Source: Shigella phage Shfl2
Reading direction: 5' to 3' (one strand)
Sequence record: HM035025
Length of the DNA stretch: 64,000 bases
A program made the position numbers and the translations under genes. The notes below the pieces were generated by a model. The model worked only from the letters and a program-made list of their open reading frames with translations. It was not told the origin of the DNA and did not search any database. Shown here piece by piece: positions 50,058 through 61,665 of this stretch. The stretch's first letter is position 1. Each line of letters opens with the position of its first letter.

Positions 50058-53000
50058 ATGGCCGAGATTAAAAGAAAGTTCAGAGCAGAAGATGGTCTGG
50101 ACGCAGGTGGTGATAAAATAATCAACGTAGCTTTAGCTGATCGTACCGTAGGAACTGACGGTGTTAACGTTGATTATCTAATTCAAGAAAACACAGTTCA
50201 ACAATACGATCCAACTCGTGGATATTTAAAAGATTTTGTAATCATTTATGATAACCGCTTTTGGGCTGCTATAAATGATATTCCAAAACCGGCAGGAGCT
50301 TTTAATAGCGGACGCTGGAGAGCATTACGTACCGATGCTAACTGGATTACAGTTTCATCCGGTTCATATCAATTAAAATCCGGTGAAGCTATTTCGGTTA
50401 ACACTGCAGCTGGTAATGATATTACATTTACTTTACCATCTACTCCAATTGACGGTGATACTATCGTTCTCCAAGACATTGGAGGAAAACCTGGAGTTAA
50501 CCAAGTTTTAATTGTAGCTCCAGTGCAAAGTATTGTAAACTTCAGAGGCGAGCAAGTACGTTCAGTACTAATGACTCATCCAAAGTCACAGCTAGTTTTA
50601 ATTTTTAGTAATCGTCTGTGGCAAATGTATGTTGCTGATTATAGCAGAGAAGCTGTAGTTGTAACACCAGCGAATACTTATCAAGCACAATCAAACGATT
50701 TTATCGTACGTAGATTTACTTCTGCTGCACCAATTAATGTTAAACTTCCAAGATTTGCTAATCATGGCGATATTATTAATTTCGTTGATTTAGATAAACT
50801 GAACCCACTTTATCATACAATTGTTACTACATACGATGAAACGACTTCAGTGCAAGAAGTTGGAACTCATTCCATTGAAGTCCGTACATCGATTGACGGT
50901 TTCTTGATGTTTGATGATAATGAGAAATTGTGGAGATTGTTTGACGGGGATAGTAAAGCACGTTTACGCATTATAACGACTAATTCTAATATTCGTCCAA
51001 ACGAAGAAGTTATGGTATTTGGTGCGAATAACGGAACAACTCAAACAATTGAGCTTCAGCTTCCAACTAATATTTCTGTTGGTGATACTGTTAAAATTTC
51101 CATGAATTACATGAGAAAAGGACAAACAGTTAAAATCAAAGCTGCGGGCGAAGATAAAATTGCTTCTTCAGTTCAATTGCTGCAATTCCCAAAACGTTCA
51201 GAGTATCCACCTGAAGCTGAATGGGTGACTGTCCAAGAATTAGTTTTTAACGGTGAAACTAATTATGTTCCAGTTTTACAACTTGCTTATATAGAAGATT
51301 CTGATGGAAAATACTGGGTTGTACAACAAAACGTTCCAACTGTAGAAAGAGTTGATTCTTTAAATGATTCTACTAGAGCAAGATTAGGCGTGATTGCTTT
51401 AGCTACACAAGCGCAAGCTAATGTCGATTTAGAAAATTCTCCGCAAAAAGAATTAGCAATTACTCCAGAAACATTAGCTAACCGTACTGCTACAGAAACT
51501 CGTAGAGGTATCGCAAGAATAGCAACTACTGCTCAAGTAAATCAGAACACCACATTCTCTTTTGCTGATGATATTATCATCACTCCTAAAAAGCTGAATG
51601 AAAGAACTGCTACAGAAACTCGTAGAGGTGTTGCTGAAATTGCTACGCAGCAAGAAACTAATGCAGGTACTGATGATACTACAATCATCACTCCTAAAAA
51701 GCTTCAAGCTCGTCAAGGTTCTGAGTCATTATCTGGTATTGTAACCTTTGTATCTACCGCAGGAGCTACTCCAGCTTCTAGTCGTGAATTAAATGGTACA
51801 AACGTTTATAATAAAAACACTAATAATTTAGTTGTTTCGCCTAAAGCTCTGGATCAGTATAAAGCTACTCCAACACAACAAGGTGCAGTAATTTTAGCAG
51901 TTGAAAGTGAAGTAATTGCTGGACAGAGCCAAGAAGGATGGGCAAATGCGGTTGTAACGCCAGAAACGTTACATAAAAAGACATCAACTGATGCAAGAAT
52001 TGGTTTAATTGAAATTGCTACACAAAGTGAAGTTAATACAGGAACTGATTATACTCGTGCAGTCACTCCTAAAACTTTAAATGACCGTAAAGCAACTGAA
52101 AGTTTAAGTGGTATAGCTGAAATTGCTACACAAGTTGAATTCGACGCAGGCGTCGACGATACTCGTATTTCTACACCATTAAAAATTAAAACTAGATTTG
52201 ATAGTACTGATCGTACTTCTGTTGTTGCTCTATCTGGATTAGTTGAATCAGGAACTCTCTGGGACCATTATACCCTTAATATTCTTGAAGCAAATGAGAC
52301 ACAGCGTGGTACACTTCGTGTAGCTACACAAGTTGAAGCTGCTGCAGGAACATTAGATAATGTTTTAATAACTCCTAAAAAGCTTTTAGGTACTAAATCT
52401 ACTGAAGCACAGGAAGGTGTTATTAAAGTTGCAACCCAGTCTGAAACTGTGACTGGAACGTCAGCAAATACTGCTGTATCTCCAAAAAATTTAAAATGGA
52501 TTGTGCAGAGTGAACCTACTTGGGCAGCTACTACTGCAATAAGAGGCTTTGTTAAAACTTCATCTGGTTCAATTACATTCGTTGGTAATGATACAGTTGG
52601 TTCAACACAGTCGTTAGAATTATACGAGAAAAATAGCTATGCAGTATCACCATATGAATTAAACCGCGTATTAGCAAATTATTTACCGTTAAAAGCAAAA
52701 GCTGCTGATACAAATTTATTGGATGGTCTAGATTCATCTCAGTTCATTCGTAGGGACATTGCGCAGACAGTTAATGGTTCACTAACCTTAACCCAACAAA
52801 CGAATCTGAGTGCCCCTCTTGTATCATCTAGTACTGCTACATTTGGTGGTTCAGTTTCGGCAAATAGTACATTAACTATTTCTAATACTGGAACGGCAAC
52901 TCGTCTGATTTTTGAGAAAGGACCTCAAACTGGAACTAACCCAGCACAGACGATGACTATCAGAGTTTGGGGAAATCAGTTTGGTGGCGGTTCAGATACA

Positions 53001-53927
53001 ACACGTTCTACTGTATTTGAAGTTGGTGATGAAACGTCTAATCACTTTTATTCTCAACGTAATAAAGCTGGGAATATAACGTTTAGTATCAATGGTACTG
53101 TGATGCCGATAAATGTTAATGCTTCGGGTTCTTTGAACGCGAACGGCGTTGCAACATTTGGTAGTTCAGTTACTGCTAATGGTGAATTCATCAGCAAGTC
53201 TGCAAATGCTTTTAGAGCAATAAGTGGTAATTATGGATTCTTTATTCGCAATGATGCCGCTAATACCTATTTTATGCTCACTGCATCCGGTGATCAGACT
53301 GGCGGATTTAATGGATTACGTCCTTTGGCTATTAATAATGCATCTGGCCAAGTAACGATTGGTGAAGGCTTAATCATTGCCAAAGGTGCTACTATAAATT
53401 CAGGTGGTTTAACTGTTAACTCGAGAATTCGTTCTCAGGGTACTAAAACATCTGATTTATATACTCGTGCTCCTACTGCTGATACAGTCGGATTCTGGTC
53501 AATTGATATTAACGATTCAGCCACTTATAACCAATTTCCGGGTTATTTTAAAATGGTTGAAAAAACTAATGAAGTGACTGGGCTTCCATACTTAGAACGT
53601 GGCGAAGAAGTTAAATCTCCTGGTACACTGACTCAGTTTGGTAACACACTTGATTCGCTTTACCAAGATTGGATTACTTATCCAACAACTCCAGAAGCGC
53701 GTACCACTCGTTGGACTCGCACATGGCAGAAAACCAAAAATTCTTGGTCAAGTTTTGTTCAGGTATTTGATGGAGGTAACCCTCCTCAACCATCTGATAT
53801 CGGTGCTTTACCATCTGATAATGCTACAATGGGGAATCTTACTATTCGTGATTTCTTACGAATTGGTAATGTTCGCATTATTCCTGACCCAGTGAATAAA
53901 ACGGTTAAATTTGAATGGGTTGAATAA
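50058..53927 (+). CDS. 34: Long tail fibre proximal subunit gp34
   Basis: 1289 aa, same length as T4 gp34; internal repeated TATETRRG / ITPKKL-type motifs. Confidence 0.95.
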   Translation: MAEIKRKFRAEDGLDAGGDKIINVALADRTVGTDGVNVDYLIQENTVQQYDPTRGYLKDFVIIYDNRFWAAINDIPKPAGAFNSGRWRALRTDANWITVSSGSYQLKSGEAISVNTAAGNDITFTLPSTPIDGDTIVLQDIGGKPGVNQVLIVAPVQSIVNFRGEQVRSVLMTHPKSQLVLIFSNRLWQMYVADYSREAVVVTPANTYQAQSNDFIVRRFTSAAPINVKLPRFANHGDIINFVDLDKLNPLYHTIVTTYDETTSVQEVGTHSIEVRTSIDGFLMFDDNEKLWRLFDGDSKARLRIITTNSNIRPNEEVMVFGANNGTTQTIELQLPTNISVGDTVKISMNYMRKGQTVKIKAAGEDKIASSVQLLQFPKRSEYPPEAEWVTVQELVFNGETNYVPVLQLAYIEDSDGKYWVVQQNVPTVERVDSLNDSTRARLGVIALATQAQANVDLENSPQKELAITPETLANRTATETRRGIARIATTAQVNQNTTFSFADDIIITPKKLNERTATETRRGVAEIATQQETNAGTDDTTIITPKKLQARQGSESLSGIVTFVSTAGATPASSRELNGTNVYNKNTNNLVVSPKALDQYKATPTQQGAVILAVESEVIAGQSQEGWANAVVTPETLHKKTSTDARIGLIEIATQSEVNTGTDYTRAVTPKTLNDRKATESLSGIAEIATQVEFDAGVDDTRISTPLKIKTRFDSTDRTSVVALSGLVESGTLWDHYTLNILEANETQRGTLRVATQVEAAAGTLDNVLITPKKLLGTKSTEAQEGVIKVATQSETVTGTSANTAVSPKNLKWIVQSEPTWAATTAIRGFVKTSSGSITFVGNDTVGSTQSLELYEKNSYAVSPYELNRVLANYLPLKAKAADTNLLDGLDSSQFIRRDIAQTVNGSLTLTQQTNLSAPLVSSSTATFGGSVSANSTLTISNTGTATRLIFEKGPQTGTNPAQTMTIRVWGNQFGGGSDTTRSTVFEVGDETSNHFYSQRNKAGNITFSINGTVMPINVNASGSLNANGVATFGSSVTANGEFISKSANAFRAISGNYGFFIRNDAANTYFMLTASGDQTGGFNGLRPLAINNASGQVTIGEGLIIAKGATINSGGLTVNSRIRSQGTKTSDLYTRAPTADTVGFWSIDINDSATYNQFPGYFKMVEKTNEVTGLPYLERGEEVKSPGTLTQFGNTLDSLYQDWITYPTTPEARTTRWTRTWQKTKNSWSSFVQVFDGGNPPQPSDIGALPSDNATMGNLTIRDFLRIGNVRIIPDPVNKTVKFEWVE

Positions 53928-53935
53928 GAGGTATT

Positions 53936-55051
53936 ATGGAAAAATTTATGGCAGAGTTTGGACAAGGATATGTCCAAACGCCATTTTTATCGGAAAGTAA
54001 TTCAGTAAGATATAAAATAAGCATAGCGGGTTCTTGCCCGCTTTCTACTGCAGGACCATACGTTAAATTTCAGGATAATCCAATTGGAAGTCAAACATTT
54101 AGTGCAGGTCTTCATTTAAGAGTTTTTGACCCTTCCACGGGAGCATTAGTTGATAGTAAGTCATATGCTTTTTCGACTTCAAATGATACAACATCTGCTG
54201 CTTTTGTTAGTTTCATGAATTCTTTGACGAATAATCGAATTGTTGCTATATTAACTAGTGGAAAGGTTAATTTTCCTCCTGAAGTAGTATCTTGGTTAAG
54301 AACAGCAGGAACGTCTGCCTTTCCATCTGACTCTATATTGTCAAGATTTGACGTATCATATGCTGCTTTTTATACTTCTTCTAAAAGAGCTATTGCATTA
54401 GAGCATGTTAAACTGAGTAATAGAAAAAGCACAGATGATTATCAAACTATTTTAGATGTTGTATTTGACAGTTTAGAAGATGTAGGAGCTACCGGGTTTC
54501 CAAGAAGAACGTATGAAAGTGTTGAGCAATTTATGTCAGCCGTTGGTGGAACTAATAACGAAATTGCGCGTCTACCAACTTCAGCTGCTATAAGTAAATT
54601 ATCTGATTATAATTTAATTCCTGGCGATGTTCTTTATCTTAAAGCTCAGTTATATGCTGACACAGATTTATTAGCATTGGGAACTACTAATATTTCAATT
54701 CGTTTTTATAACGCATCTAACGCATATATTTCTTCAACACAGGCTGAGTTTACTGGACAAGCTGGGTCTTGGGAATTAAAAGAAGATTATGTAGTTGTTC
54801 CTGAAAATGCTGTAGGATTTACGATATATGCACAAAGAACTGCACAAGCTGGCCAAGGTGGCATGAGAAATTTAAGCTTTTCTGAAGTATCAAGAAATGG
54901 CGGCATTTCAAAACCCGCTGAATTTGGCGTCAATGGTATTCGTGTTAATTATATTTGTGAATCTGCTTCACCTCCGGATATAATGGTACTTCCTACGCAA
55001 GCATCGTCTAAAACTGGTAAAGTGTTTGGGCAAGAATTTAGAGAAGTATAA
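53936..55051 (+). CDS. 35: Long tail fibre hinge protein gp35
   Basis: 371 aa, T4 position. Confidence 0.9.
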   Translation: MEKFMAEFGQGYVQTPFLSESNSVRYKISIAGSCPLSTAGPYVKFQDNPIGSQTFSAGLHLRVFDPSTGALVDSKSYAFSTSNDTTSAAFVSFMNSLTNNRIVAILTSGKVNFPPEVVSWLRTAGTSAFPSDSILSRFDVSYAAFYTSSKRAIALEHVKLSNRKSTDDYQTILDVVFDSLEDVGATGFPRRTYESVEQFMSAVGGTNNEIARLPTSAAISKLSDYNLIPGDVLYLKAQLYADTDLLALGTTNISIRFYNASNAYISSTQAEFTGQAGSWELKEDYVVVPENAVGFTIYAQRTAQAGQGGMRNLSFSEVSRNGGISKPAEFGVNGIRVNYICESASPPDIMVLPTQASSKTGKVFGQEFREV

Positions 55052-55056
55052 ATTGA

Positions 55057-55080
55057 GGGAGCCTTTGGGTTCCCTTTTTC
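55057..55080 (+). terminator. Rho-independent terminator after gene 35
   Basis: GGGAGCC-UUUG-GGUUCCC hairpin (one G-U pair) followed by UUUUUC. Confidence 0.7.
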
Positions 55081-55082
55081 TT

Positions 55083-55090
55083 TATAAATA
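55083..55090 (+). promoter_or_regulatory. Late promoter (TATAAATA) for gene 36
   Basis: Exact TATAAATA 23 nt upstream of gene 36 ATG. Confidence 0.65.
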
Positions 55091-55113
55091 CTATTAAAAT
55101 AAAGGGGCATACA

Positions 55114-55773
55114 ATGGCTGATTTAAAAGTAGGTTCAACAACCGGAGGCTCTGTCATTTGGCATCAAGGAAATTTTCCATTGAATCCAGCCGGTGACGAT
55201 GTACTCTATAAATCATTTAAAATATATTCAGAATATAATAAACCACAAGCTGCTGATAACGATTTCGTTTCTAAAGCTAATGGCGGTATTTATCTAAACC
55301 GAGTTACCTTTAATCAGGGTATTCAAGTCCCGGGAGCTGGCAATGGTCTGACCGGGATGTTTGTTGGGCCAGGTGATGGAGCAACTTATGATAATGTTAA
55401 CCTTGATATAATATCTTGGTATGGTATCGGATTTAAATCATCTCAAGGAACAGGACCTAGGACAATTGTTTTTAACGTTCGTGACGGTGAAATTTCGGCC
55501 CGTGGTAATATAAATTCACAGCGTCAGGTGCGAGCCGAAGCCGCAGCGCCCATTGCCGCAAATGACCTTACTAGAAAGGACTATGTTGATGGAGCAATAA
55601 ATACTGTTACGGCAAATGCGAACTCTAGAGTGTTACGATCTGGCGACACTATGACGGGTAACTTAACCGCACCAAACTTTTTTTCGCAGAATCCTGCATC
55701 TCAACCTTCACACGTTCCGCGATTTGACCAAATCGTAATTAAGGATTCTGTTCAAGATTTCGGCTATTATTAA
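55114..55773 (+). CDS. 36: Long tail fibre distal connector gp36
   Basis: 219 aa, T4 position. Confidence 0.9.
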   Translation: MADLKVGSTTGGSVIWHQGNFPLNPAGDDVLYKSFKIYSEYNKPQAADNDFVSKANGGIYLNRVTFNQGIQVPGAGNGLTGMFVGPGDGATYDNVNLDIISWYGIGFKSSQGTGPRTIVFNVRDGEISARGNINSQRQVRAEAAAPIAANDLTRKDYVDGAINTVTANANSRVLRSGDTMTGNLTAPNFFSQNPASQPSHVPRFDQIVIKDSVQDFGYY

Positions 55774-55781
55774 GAGGACTT

Positions 55782-58700
55782 ATGGCTACTTTAAAACAAA
55801 TACAATTTAAAAGAAGCAAAACCGCAGGTGCACGTCCTGCTGCTTCAGTATTAGCCGAAGGTGAATTGGCTATAAACTTAAAAGATAGAACAATTTTTAC
55901 TAAAGATGATTCAGGAAATATCATTGATTTAGGTATTGCTAAAGGCGGTCAAATTGATGGAAATGTGACTATTGATGGAACTTTACGCGTCAATGGACCA
56001 ATAAACAACTTTGGAAATTTTTCTACAAGTGGTACTATTACGGCAAGTAATATTGTTTCTGCTACAGTATTCAGATCAACATCCGGTTCATTTTATACAA
56101 GAGCAATAAATGATACTGCAAATGCCCATCTTTGGTTTGAAAATACAAATGGCTCAGAACGTGGCGTTTTATATTCAAAACCACAGTCTGAAAATGAAGG
56201 CGTAATTACAATGCGCGTTCGTCAAGGAACCGCAGCAGGGGCTCAAAATTCAGAATTTCATTTCATTTCTACTGATGGCGGTATCTTCCAGGCACGCAAA
56301 TTAACTGCTTTAACTTCTATTAGTACACCAACTATTAGTGTTAATTTAATTAATCACGATTCTAAAGCCTTTGGACAATATGATTCACAGTCATTAGTTC
56401 AGTATGTTTATCCTGGAACAGGTGAAACAAATGGCGTAAACTATCTTCGTAAAGTTCGTGCTAAATCAGGTGGCACTATGTGGCATGAGCTTTGTACTGC
56501 TCAGACTGGCCAGGCTGATGAAATGTCATGGTGGACCGGTAATACTCCTCAGTCTAAACAATACGGTATTCGTAATGACGGACGAATGGCTGGACGTAAT
56601 AGCCTTGCATTAGGTACATTCACTACAAATTTCCCGTCTAGTGATTATGGCAACGTCGGTGTAATGGGCGATAAGTATCTTGTTCTCGGTGACACTGTAA
56701 CTGGCTTGTCATACAAAAAAACTGGTGTATTTGATCTAGTTGGCGGTGGATATTCTGTTGCTTCTATTACTCCTGACGGTTTCCGTAGTACTCGTAAAGG
56801 TATATTTGGTCGTTCCGAGGACCAAGGCACCACATGGATTATGCCTGGCACTAATGCCGCTTTCTTGTCTGTTCAAACGCAAGCTGATAATAACAATGCT
56901 GGAGACGGCCAGACGCATATTGGGTACAATGCTGGCGGTAAAATGAGTCATTATTTCCGCGGTAAAGGCAAAACTAATATTAATACTCAGGAAGGTGTAG
57001 ACGTTAACCCAGGTATATTGAAGTTAACCACCGGCGGTGAAAGTATTAGCTTTAATGCCGCAACTGGAAGTATTAATTCTACATTAGCTTTTCGTCTTAA
57101 TAAAGGCATAATTATTGATGGACCTGATAATCAGGGATTCCAGTTTAACGCCCCGACGGCTGCAGATGGTACTAGAAGTATATACTGGAACAGTGGTACT
57201 CGCGCAGGTCAAAACAAAAGCCCTGTTACAGTTAAAGTGTGGGGTAATTCATTTAACACATCTGGCGATCGTGCTCGTGAAACGGTTTTTGAAGTAGCTG
57301 ATGGACAAGGTTACCATTTTTATTCTCAACGCGTAGCTCCTGCACCTGGTTCGACTGTCGGGCCTATTCAACTCCGAGTTAATGGTGGTTTATTAACTTC
57401 AGGTAGTATTGTTACTTCTGGTTCTATTACAACCGAATCAAGCTTAGTTGCAAATAATGGATTGTCTGTAAATGGACAAGCTAAATTTGGCGGAACAGCA
57501 AACGCACTAAGAATTTGGAACGCTGAATATGGTGCTATTTTCCGTCGTTCAGAAAGTAACTTTTATATTATTCCAACCAATCAAAATGAAGGCGAAAGTG
57601 GAGACATTCACAGCTCTTTGAGACCTGTGAGAATAGGATTAAACGATGGCATGGTTGGGTTAGGAAGAGATTCTTTTATAGTAGATCAAAATAATGCTTT
57701 AACTACTATAAACAGTAACTCTCGCATTAATGCCAACTTTAGAATGCAATTAGGACAAAATGCTTATATAGATATTGAGGCTTCTGATGGAGTTCGTCCA
57801 ACAGGTTGTGGTTCATTTGCATCTCAGAATGACGTAAACGTCAGAGCTCCAATTTATATGAATATAGAGCGTACTGCTACTTCTGAATACATTCCTATTG
57901 TTAAACAACGGTATGTAAAGGGTGATAGTACTTATTCTATTGGCACCTTAATTTCTCAAGGAGACTTCCGCGTCCATTATCACCAGGGTACTAGTACTAC
58001 CGGCACTGATTTAAGTTGGGAATTCCGTCGCACAGGCGATTTCCGCGCGGCAGGTAAAATTATTGCTGGTGCTGCTACTCTTGGCACTGATGGTAATATT
58101 ACTGGCGGTTCTGGTAACTTTGCTAACCTGAATACCACATTAAATCGTAAGGTAAATTCCGGATTTGTAACATACGGTGCAACGGCCGGATGGTACAAAT
58201 TCGCTACAGTAACGATGCCACAATCCACTTCTACGGTCTTCTTTAAAATAGCCGGTGGTTCTGGATTTAATAGCGGATTATTCACACAATGCAATATTGC
58301 TGAAATTGTTTTACGTACTAGTAATGAAAGACCTGCTGACTTAAATGCTGTATTATATACAAGAACATCTGGACTGTATAGCGCAGCATTTAGAAATATT
58401 GCAGTTAACAATGTCTCTGGAAATACATATGACATTTATGTTTATGCTGGAACATATTGTAATCAACTAGCGTGTGAATGGTCATGTACCGAAAATGCTA
58501 CTGTTAGCGTTATTGGTATTAACTCATCTACACAATCACCTATAGATGCTCTTCCAGATACAGCAGTTAACGGTCAAGTTGCTAATGTTCTTAATAACTT
58601 GGTTGATCGTGGTAAAGCAAAACGTTATGTAGCAGAATCTGAAATTGCTATTAATAACCAAACGGGTCTTCGTATTACGAGTAATTCTGATAGATCAGGT

Positions 58701-59717
58701 TCTAATTCCGTTTTATTTCGAAATGACGGTGGAAGCTTCTATATTTTACTGACTGACAAAAACTCTTCAGACGGCGATAATAAAGCAACTGAAGGCGATT
58801 GGAATGGAAAACGACCGTTTTCAATCGATATGACTGCTGGTACTGTTCGTCTTGGCGAAAATACTTCTTTTGATAAAGATATTACTATTAATGGAAACAT
58901 TAATTCACGAGTTAAAGCTGCCGGACAATGGAGTGTTAGCTTTTCTGCTATTTCAGATGTGACTCGCGACAATTCTGCATTCTTAGCGAATACGGGTGGC
59001 ATTTCCAAGACAAGTCAAGCTTATTACCCGCTATTTTCTGGATACAGTTTTTTAACTGACGCGGGTTATCTTCAATCGTTTGAGTTTGGATGGTTAGGTG
59101 TTTCTGGTACTTGGCGCCAAGGCATTATTCGCATGCGTGGTGACAACCCATCGGGGCAACAGGCTCGTTGGACTTTTGATATGGACGGAACATTTTATGC
59201 TCCTATACTATCATGCGGATCTGCGAGAGCATTCGGTGTCAATACATCAAATGGTCTCGGTGGAAATAGTATAACATTTGGTGATAGCGATACTGGTATT
59301 AAGCAAAATGGCGATGGATTATTAGACATATATGCGAACAACGTACAAGTATTCCGTTTCCAAAACGGTGATTTGTACTCATACAAAAATATAAATGCTC
59401 CAAACGTTTATATTCGTTCTGATATTCGTTTAAAATCCAACTTTAAACCTATCGAAAATGCACTTGATAAAGTTGAAAAACTTAACGGTGTCATTTACGA
59501 TAAAGCTGAATACATCGGTGGAGAGGCAATTGAAACTGAAGCGGGTATTGTGGCTCAAACGTTACAAGACGTTTTACCAGAAGCTGTCCGTGAAACAGAA
59601 GACAGCAAGGGTAATAAAATACTCACTGTTTCTTCTCAAGCCCAGATTGCTCTTCTGGTTGAAGCTGTGAAAACACTTTCTTCTCGTGTAAAAGAACTTG
59701 AATCTAAACTTATGTAA
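55782..59717 (+). CDS. 37: Long tail fibre distal subunit gp37, T2-type with C-terminal intramolecular chaperone domain
   Basis: 1311 aa; conserved N-terminus [13 protein letters not shown]...; C-terminal ~110 aa [32 protein letters not shown]... resembles the autoproteolytic chaperone domain of phage fibre/endosialidase proteins. Confidence 0.9.
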   Translation: MATLKQIQFKRSKTAGARPAASVLAEGELAINLKDRTIFTKDDSGNIIDLGIAKGGQIDGNVTIDGTLRVNGPINNFGNFSTSGTITASNIVSATVFRSTSGSFYTRAINDTANAHLWFENTNGSERGVLYSKPQSENEGVITMRVRQGTAAGAQNSEFHFISTDGGIFQARKLTALTSISTPTISVNLINHDSKAFGQYDSQSLVQYVYPGTGETNGVNYLRKVRAKSGGTMWHELCTAQTGQADEMSWWTGNTPQSKQYGIRNDGRMAGRNSLALGTFTTNFPSSDYGNVGVMGDKYLVLGDTVTGLSYKKTGVFDLVGGGYSVASITPDGFRSTRKGIFGRSEDQGTTWIMPGTNAAFLSVQTQADNNNAGDGQTHIGYNAGGKMSHYFRGKGKTNINTQEGVDVNPGILKLTTGGESISFNAATGSINSTLAFRLNKGIIIDGPDNQGFQFNAPTAADGTRSIYWNSGTRAGQNKSPVTVKVWGNSFNTSGDRARETVFEVADGQGYHFYSQRVAPAPGSTVGPIQLRVNGGLLTSGSIVTSGSITTESSLVANNGLSVNGQAKFGGTANALRIWNAEYGAIFRRSESNFYIIPTNQNEGESGDIHSSLRPVRIGLNDGMVGLGRDSFIVDQNNALTTINSNSRINANFRMQLGQNAYIDIEASDGVRPTGCGSFASQNDVNVRAPIYMNIERTATSEYIPIVKQRYVKGDSTYSIGTLISQGDFRVHYHQGTSTTGTDLSWEFRRTGDFRAAGKIIAGAATLGTDGNITGGSGNFANLNTTLNRKVNSGFVTYGATAGWYKFATVTMPQSTSTVFFKIAGGSGFNSGLFTQCNIAEIVLRTSNERPADLNAVLYTRTSGLYSAAFRNIAVNNVSGNTYDIYVYAGTYCNQLACEWSCTENATVSVIGINSSTQSPIDALPDTAVNGQVANVLNNLVDRGKAKRYVAESEIAINNQTGLRITSNSDRSGSNSVLFRNDGGSFYILLTDKNSSDGDNKATEGDWNGKRPFSIDMTAGTVRLGENTSFDKDITINGNINSRVKAAGQWSVSFSAISDVTRDNSAFLANTGGISKTSQAYYPLFSGYSFLTDAGYLQSFEFGWLGVSGTWRQGIIRMRGDNPSGQQARWTFDMDGTFYAPILSCGSARAFGVNTSNGLGGNSITFGDSDTGIKQNGDGLLDIYANNVQVFRFQNGDLYSYKNINAPNVYIRSDIRLKSNFKPIENALDKVEKLNGVIYDKAEYIGGEAIETEAGIVAQTLQDVLPEAVRETEDSKGNKILTVSSQAQIALLVEAVKTLSSRVKELESKLM

Positions 59718-59719
59718 AA

Positions 59720-59735
59720 GAGGGCTTCGGCCCTC
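59720..59735 (+). other. UUCG tetraloop hairpin GAGGGC-UUCG-GCCCUC between genes 37 and 38
   Basis: Perfect 6-bp stem; no downstream U-tract, so probably a partial terminator or RNA-stabilising structure. Confidence 0.55.
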
Positions 59736-59747
59736 TAAGGATTTTTA

Positions 59748-60539
59748 ATGGCAATTGTAGGTGTTCCTGGCTGGATTGGTGAATCTGCCGTGAATGAAAC
59801 AGGACAGCGTTGGATGGATGCTGCAATGAGAGCAGTTCGTGTTTCAGTTCCCGGTTGGATGAGTTCAATGGCTGGGCAATCTAAAGAAGTATATTATAGC
59901 GTTGGTGCTAGCAATTCTTACAATAAAGACACACTAATAAATTGGATAAAAGCCCAAGGCAGTACTCCTGTTGTTATTACTATTACAGGAAATATTGTTT
60001 CTCAATCTACTGGTGTTCCATGCTTAGATTTTCCTAGCTCATTAACTAATGCGTATGTTACCTTAAATATTAATAGCGGGGTTCATGTATTAGGTCGGGG
60101 AGGAAATGGCGGAAGTAACTCTGCTGGTGGAGCAGGAGGAACTGCAATAAATAACGGAATTGGAACTCGTTTAAGAATAAACAATAATGGTATTATTGGT
60201 GGTGGCGGCGGTGGCGGCGCAGGTGCTAGATACAATCCTTTCCCTCAAATGGATATGAAATTTGGCGGCGGAGGAGGTCGTCCATTTGGTGCTGCCGGTG
60301 CAGCCGGTGGCGGCGCAGCGGCAGCATCTGCCGGTACAATTTCTGCTCCTGGTAAAGGCACTGTTTCTGGTGTTCACCATGGAGGAGATGGTGGAGATTT
60401 GGGAGCTGCTGGCAAATCTTCATATATTCAAGGTGGTACTGGAGGAACTGTTCACTCGGGTGGTGCTGCGGGCAAAGCTGTTACTGGTAATGCTCCAACT
60501 TGGACTAAAGTTGGTACAATATACGGTTCAAGAGTATAA
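59748..60539 (+). CDS. 38: Receptor-recognising adhesin gp38 (T2/T6 type)
   Basis: 263 aa; conserved N-terminus MAIVGVPGWIGESAVNETGQRWM, glycine-rich tracts (GGGGGGGAGA, GGGGGRPFGAAGAAGGGAAAA) separating variable segments, C-terminus YGSRV. Confidence 0.88.
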   Translation: MAIVGVPGWIGESAVNETGQRWMDAAMRAVRVSVPGWMSSMAGQSKEVYYSVGASNSYNKDTLINWIKAQGSTPVVITITGNIVSQSTGVPCLDFPSSLTNAYVTLNINSGVHVLGRGGNGGSNSAGGAGGTAINNGIGTRLRINNNGIIGGGGGGGAGARYNPFPQMDMKFGGGGGRPFGAAGAAGGGAAAASAGTISAPGKGTVSGVHHGGDGGDLGAAGKSSYIQGGTGGTVHSGGAAGKAVTGNAPTWTKVGTIYGSRV

Positions 60540-60570
60540 TTTTGAATAAATATCCTTAAAAGGAGGGTCT

Positions 60571-61227
60571 ATGGCAGCACCTAGAATATCATTTTCGCCC
60601 TCTGATATTCTATTTGGTGTTCTAGATCGCTTGTTCAAAGATAACGCTACTGGGAAGGTTCTTGCTTCCCGGGTAGCTGTCGTAATTCTTTTATTTATGA
60701 TGGCGATTGTTTGGTATAGGGGAGATAGTTTCTTTGAGTACTATAAGCAATCAAAGTATGAAACATACAGTGAAATTATTGAAAAGGAAAGAAATGCACG
60801 CTTTGAATCTGTCGCCCTGGAACAACTCCAGATAGTTCATATATCATCTGAGGCAGACTTTAGTGCGGTGTATTCTTTCCGCCCTAAAAACTTAAACTAT
60901 TTTGTTGATATTATAGCATATGAAGGAAAATTACCTTCAACAATAAGTGAAAAATCACTTGGAGGATATCCTGTTGATAAAACTATGGATGAATATACAG
61001 TTCATTTAAATGGACGTCATTATTATTCCGATTCAAAATTTGCTTTTTTACCAACTAAAAAGCCTACTCCCGAAATAAACTACATGTACAGTTGTCCATA
61101 TTTTAATTTGGATAATATCTATGCTGGAACGATAACCATGTACTGGTATAGAAATGATCATATAAGTAATGACCGCCTTGAATCAATATGTGCTCAGGCG
61201 GCCAGAATATTAGGAAGGGCTAAATAA
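60571..61227 (+). CDS. t: Holin t
   Basis: 218 aa, single N-terminal TM segment (VAVVILLFMMAIVWY) and large periplasmic domain, T4 holin length. Confidence 0.93.
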   Translation: MAAPRISFSPSDILFGVLDRLFKDNATGKVLASRVAVVILLFMMAIVWYRGDSFFEYYKQSKYETYSEIIEKERNARFESVALEQLQIVHISSEADFSAVYSFRPKNLNYFVDIIAYEGKLPSTISEKSLGGYPVDKTMDEYTVHLNGRHYYSDSKFAFLPTKKPTPEINYMYSCPYFNLDNIYAGTITMYWYRNDHISNDRLESICAQAARILGRAK

Positions 61228-61500
61228 TTATTTGTTCGTATACATCTCTAGATATCGATATACACCCTCAAAACCCTCGTTGAATTCGTCGATGAGGGTT
61301 TTCTTATCTTCTTGAGTTAATTCAGAAACAATTTTACGGAATGAATTCTGATTTAACTTTCTACCTTCATGCGTTACTCCAATCTCATTCAGAAATGCAA
61401 TAAAATTAGCACGATTCTCAACAATATCTTCTCTGGAAAATTTAATCAAAATAGACGCAACAGTAATAATTTCACGAACTGTATCAATATTTTTATTCAT
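61228..61500 (-). CDS. asiA: Anti-sigma-70 protein AsiA
   Basis: 90 aa, T4 AsiA length; convergent with t, no intergenic space. Confidence 0.9.
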   Translation of the reverse strand: MNKNIDTVREIITVASILIKFSREDIVENRANFIAFLNEIGVTHEGRKLNQNSFRKIVSELTQEDKKTLIDEFNEGFEGVYRYLEMYTNK

Positions 61501-61512
61501 TAACTATACCAC

Positions 61513-61665
61513 TCAATTAGTTGACTTTGTTATAATATCATCAGACGCTTGATTTGTAAACTGGTCTGTGTTATTTTCTTCAAAAATTTTTTCTACGAAT
61601 TCCTTGAACGACTTACGTTCCTGAGCTACATTATGCTCGATTACTTTTTCAAGATTATGACTCAT
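61513..61665 (-). CDS. Possible 50-aa ORF translationally coupled to arn
   Basis: Not in the track (below size cutoff); ATG overlaps arn stop (ATGA); MSHNLEKVIEHNVAQERKSFKEF...; contains the asiA early promoter. Confidence 0.3.
   Translation of the reverse strand: MSHNLEKVIEHNVAQERKSFKEFVEKIFEENNTDQFTNQASDDIITKSTN
61532..61561 (-). promoter_or_regulatory. Early promoter for asiA
   Basis: Minus strand GTTTAC - 18 nt - TATTAT, about 30 nt upstream of asiA ATG. Confidence 0.6.

Noticed and set aside
60171-60549. Three overlapping ORFs (60171-60380 minus, 60226-60423 minus, 60262-60549 plus) in the gp38 region
   Set aside because: They are alternate-frame readings of the GC-rich glycine codon tracts of gp38 and give Cys/Arg/Leu-rich nonsense proteins.
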